A stretch of 64,000 bases of DNA, taken from Synechococcus sp. (GTDB taxonomy: Bacteria; Cyanobacteriota; Cyanobacteriia; PCC-6307; Cyanobiaceae). The translations under genes were made by a program, and so were the position numbers. The stretch lies in contig JBJBEO010000001.1 of the NCBI GenBank assembly GCA_047284725.1, positions 416,001 to 480,000 of the forward strand, written 5' to 3'. Shown piece after piece: positions 61,479 through 64,000 of this stretch. Each line of letters begins with the position of its first letter. Within the stretch, counting starts at the first letter, position 1. The notes beneath the pieces are model-generated. The model was not told the origin of the DNA, did not search any database, and saw only the letters and a list, made by a program, of their open reading frames with translations.

Positions 61479-61575
61479 GTCCTGGCGGGCGGCTTGGACT
61501 GATCTTCCCGGAGGTCTGGGCTTCTTGAGGGATCCCCCCGGATTTGTTCGGTTTCTGGTCTGCTTTTATGACGAA

Positions 61576-62433
61576 ATGGCACAGAAGACCCGTTTGGACC
61601 AGCATCTGCTGACTCTCGGCCTTGTGCCGACCCGTCAGCAGGCGCAGCAGCTGATCCGGGCCGGCAAGGTGCGCGATGGCCGTGGCTTGTTGCTGGATAA
61701 ACCTGGTCAGCAGGTGTCGGCTGATCTGGCGGTGCGGGTGGAGACCCCGCCACGTTTCGTTTCACGGGGTGGTGAAAAGCTGCTTGGCGCTCTGGAAACG
61801 TTCCCCTTGGAGGTGGAGGGCCGGGTGTGTCTTGATGGTGGAATCTCCACCGGTGGGTTTACTGATTGCCTGCTTCAGCACGGGGCCAGCCGTGTTTATG
61901 GCATTGATGTGGGTTATGGCCAGACCGCCTGGAGGCTGCGCACTGATCCAAGGGTTGTGTTGCGCGAGCGCACCAACCTGCGGCGTCTCACTCCAGAGGG
62001 GTTGTACGGACCCGAAGACCCACTCCCGGATTTGGCCGTTGCAGATGTGTCGTTCATTTCGCTCGGCCTGGTGATGCCCGCGATCAAGGCATTGCTGCGG
62101 CAGGAAGGGAGCGAAGCGTTGCTGTTGGTGAAGCCCCAGTTCGAAGTGGGGCGCGCTCGCGTTGGCAAGGGCGGTGTGGTGCGCGATCCGGAGGCCCATC
62201 GCGACGCCTTACGTGGTGTGATTGAAGCGGCTGCTCCGCTGGGATGGGTCGCGCGGGGCTTGGTTGGATCGCCGATTACAGGCCCAGCGGGTAATCACGA
62301 ATATTTGCTGTGGCTCCGCGATCCTGCTGTGTCCACATCGCTTGATGCCGATTCTCCGCAGACGCAACTGCTACCGCTGATTGATGAGGAAGAGATAGCA
62401 AGGGTGGTGAATGTCACTCTGGCTGAGACGTAA
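61576..62433 (+). CDS. tlyA: TlyA-family rRNA methyltransferase
   Basis: S4 domain; FVSRGGEKL, STGGFTDCLL, LVKPQFE. Confidence 0.95.
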   Translation: MAQKTRLDQHLLTLGLVPTRQQAQQLIRAGKVRDGRGLLLDKPGQQVSADLAVRVETPPRFVSRGGEKLLGALETFPLEVEGRVCLDGGISTGGFTDCLLQHGASRVYGIDVGYGQTAWRLRTDPRVVLRERTNLRRLTPEGLYGPEDPLPDLAVADVSFISLGLVMPAIKALLRQEGSEALLLVKPQFEVGRARVGKGGVVRDPEAHRDALRGVIEAAAPLGWVARGLVGSPITGPAGNHEYLLWLRDPAVSTSLDADSPQTQLLPLIDEEEIARVVNVTLAET

Positions 62434-62469
62434 AGGCCAGCATCGTCGGGCTGGCCTGACGGTTCACTC

Positions 62470-62916
<447 letters not shown>

Positions 62917-62950
62917 CTAGCCCATTACGGCGTAGCCCTGCATGGGGAAA

Positions 62951-62966
62951 TGTATGGCTTGCTACA
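62951..62966 (-). promoter_or_regulatory. NtcA-binding site upstream of glnB
   Basis: TGTA-N8-TACA; CGTAAT 22 nt downstream on the minus strand. Confidence 0.8.
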
Positions 62967-62969
62967 GAT

Positions 62970-63197
62970 TCAGCAGTTGATTTGGCGCTGCGCTTCGGTC
63001 TGGCGGTGGTGGTAGGTGCTGCCTCGGTAGTGCAGCTCAACCTCTGGATCTTGGGCTGCCGCCTCATGGCGCAAGGGAGCTTCGTAGCAAAGGCCGCGAT
63101 AGGTGTGGCTGACGCTGTTGGGGCTGGCCTCCTCGTGCTGGCTGGGGTAGTAGGAAACGCCGCGATAGGTGCGTAGTTGGGTGGTCATGGTGGGCAT
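62970..63197 (-). CDS. DUF4278-like YRG-repeat peptide
   Basis: TYRG, TYRG, HYRG; start could be 63188. Confidence 0.85.
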   Translation of the reverse strand: MPTMTTQLRTYRGVSYYPSQHEEASPNSVSHTYRGLCYEAPLRHEAAAQDPEVELHYRGSTYHHRQTEAQRQINC

Positions 63198-63213
63198 CTC
63201 GAAGGGATGGAGT

Positions 63214-63322
63214 GTTCCCGGCCGTTGGTCGGGCCCGCTTCGATCGAAGGAGCGTTGCTTCGCCTTGCGGATGGGCTACTTCCTGCTGGGGGTCTGACGC
63301 ATGAGGCCAGTTGAGCTCAACG
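63214..63322 (-). promoter_or_regulatory. Glutamine riboswitch, possibly tandem
   Basis: CGTTG...GGAAGTA-GCC-loop-GGC-GAAG-CAACG at 63322-63253 matches the glnA-motif pattern; lies upstream of a YRG peptide. Confidence 0.75.
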
Positions 63323-63466
63323 TTTTGTCCTTCAATGCTGTTTTACGCGAAAAACGCTGTTCACAGTGGACAGTTTGGCAATTACGGCATGAAAGTTTTC
63401 TGAAGAGTTTTGGGTCGTGGAGTCGGGTCGCCAAGATCTAGGGTCTGTTTTCACTGATGCTGAGTT

Positions 63467-63877
63467 GTGAGCGAAGTCGCCTCTGATGCCACGCGGACCC
63501 CGCTGTATGGGGAAAGGGCGATAGCCGATGCCGCCTTGATTTGTTTCGATAATCCCAGGCCCGGGCGTTCCTATGAAGTGTCGATCGAGTTGCCGGAGTT
63601 CACCTGTCTGTGTCCTTTTTCCGGTTACCCCGATTTCGCAGTCTTGCGGCTCCTGTACCAGCCCGGTCCCCGGGTGGTGGAGTTGAAGGCGATCAAGCTG
63701 TATGTGAACAGCTATCGCGACCGGACCATTTCCCATGAGGAAGTGGCCAACAGGATTCTCGATGATCTGGTGGCGGCTTGCGATCCAGTTTGGATGCAGC
63801 TGGAGGCCGACTTCAACCCCCGTGGCAATGTTCACACCGTGGTGCGTGTTACGCACGGATCGCGTCAGCCCTGCTGA
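63467..63877 (+). CDS. queF: preQ0 reductase
   Basis: [30 protein letters not shown]. Confidence 0.97.
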   Translation: MSEVASDATRTPLYGERAIADAALICFDNPRPGRSYEVSIELPEFTCLCPFSGYPDFAVLRLLYQPGPRVVELKAIKLYVNSYRDRTISHEEVANRILDDLVAACDPVWMQLEADFNPRGNVHTVVRVTHGSRQPC

Positions 63878-64000
63878 TCAGGTTCGGGAAGTCTTGAGCG
63901 AAGCCGCTGAGATTGCGGTTGCAGAGCCCGGCCACGTGCAGTTTCTGATGGTGGCGATCTCCAACGGCCCACAGCTGTCGCGTGGCAATCAGGCTGAGTC
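63849..64000 (-). CDS. C-terminus of cytochrome c biogenesis protein Ccs1/ResB (partial)
   Basis: Manual translation [12 protein letters not shown]...[19 protein letters not shown]. Confidence 0.7.
   Translation of the reverse strand, partial: LSLIATRQLWAVGDRHHQKLHVAGLCNRNLSGFAQDFPNLISRADAIRA

Overview
Chromosomal window from a high-GC picocyanobacterium, most likely marine Synechococcus (inferred from gene content, order and protein sequences). Positions 22,001-64,000 are conserved core: rimP-nusA-ylxR-infB, htrA, rpiA, hisD, rpsT, tatD, rpoB-rpoC1-rpoC2, hli, rlmN, a Na+/solute symporter, ycf35, rsmG, a reduced bioF-bioH-bioD cluster, a HelY-type helicase, fumC, purB, tlyA, glnB (NtcA box upstream), a glutamine riboswitch ahead of a YRG-repeat peptide, queF and the end of ccs1. 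Positions 1-5,196 hold psbA (Glu130 form) and accessory genes. The main feature is an apparently intact element of about 16.7 kb integrated at the 3' end of tRNA-Thr(CGT) and bounded by a perfect 44-bp direct repeat (5197-5240 and 21926-21969). On one strand it encodes a tyrosine integrase, an excisionase-like HTH, an RHH protein, a Dda/RecD-like helicase, a primase-VirE fusion with an embedded iteron cluster, a TerS-like protein, a full large terminase and a J-domain protein, followed by cargo. I see no capsid, portal, tail or lysis gene, so it looks like a capsid-less phage satellite carrying its own packaging motor. All calls come from reading motifs by eye; no searches were run.
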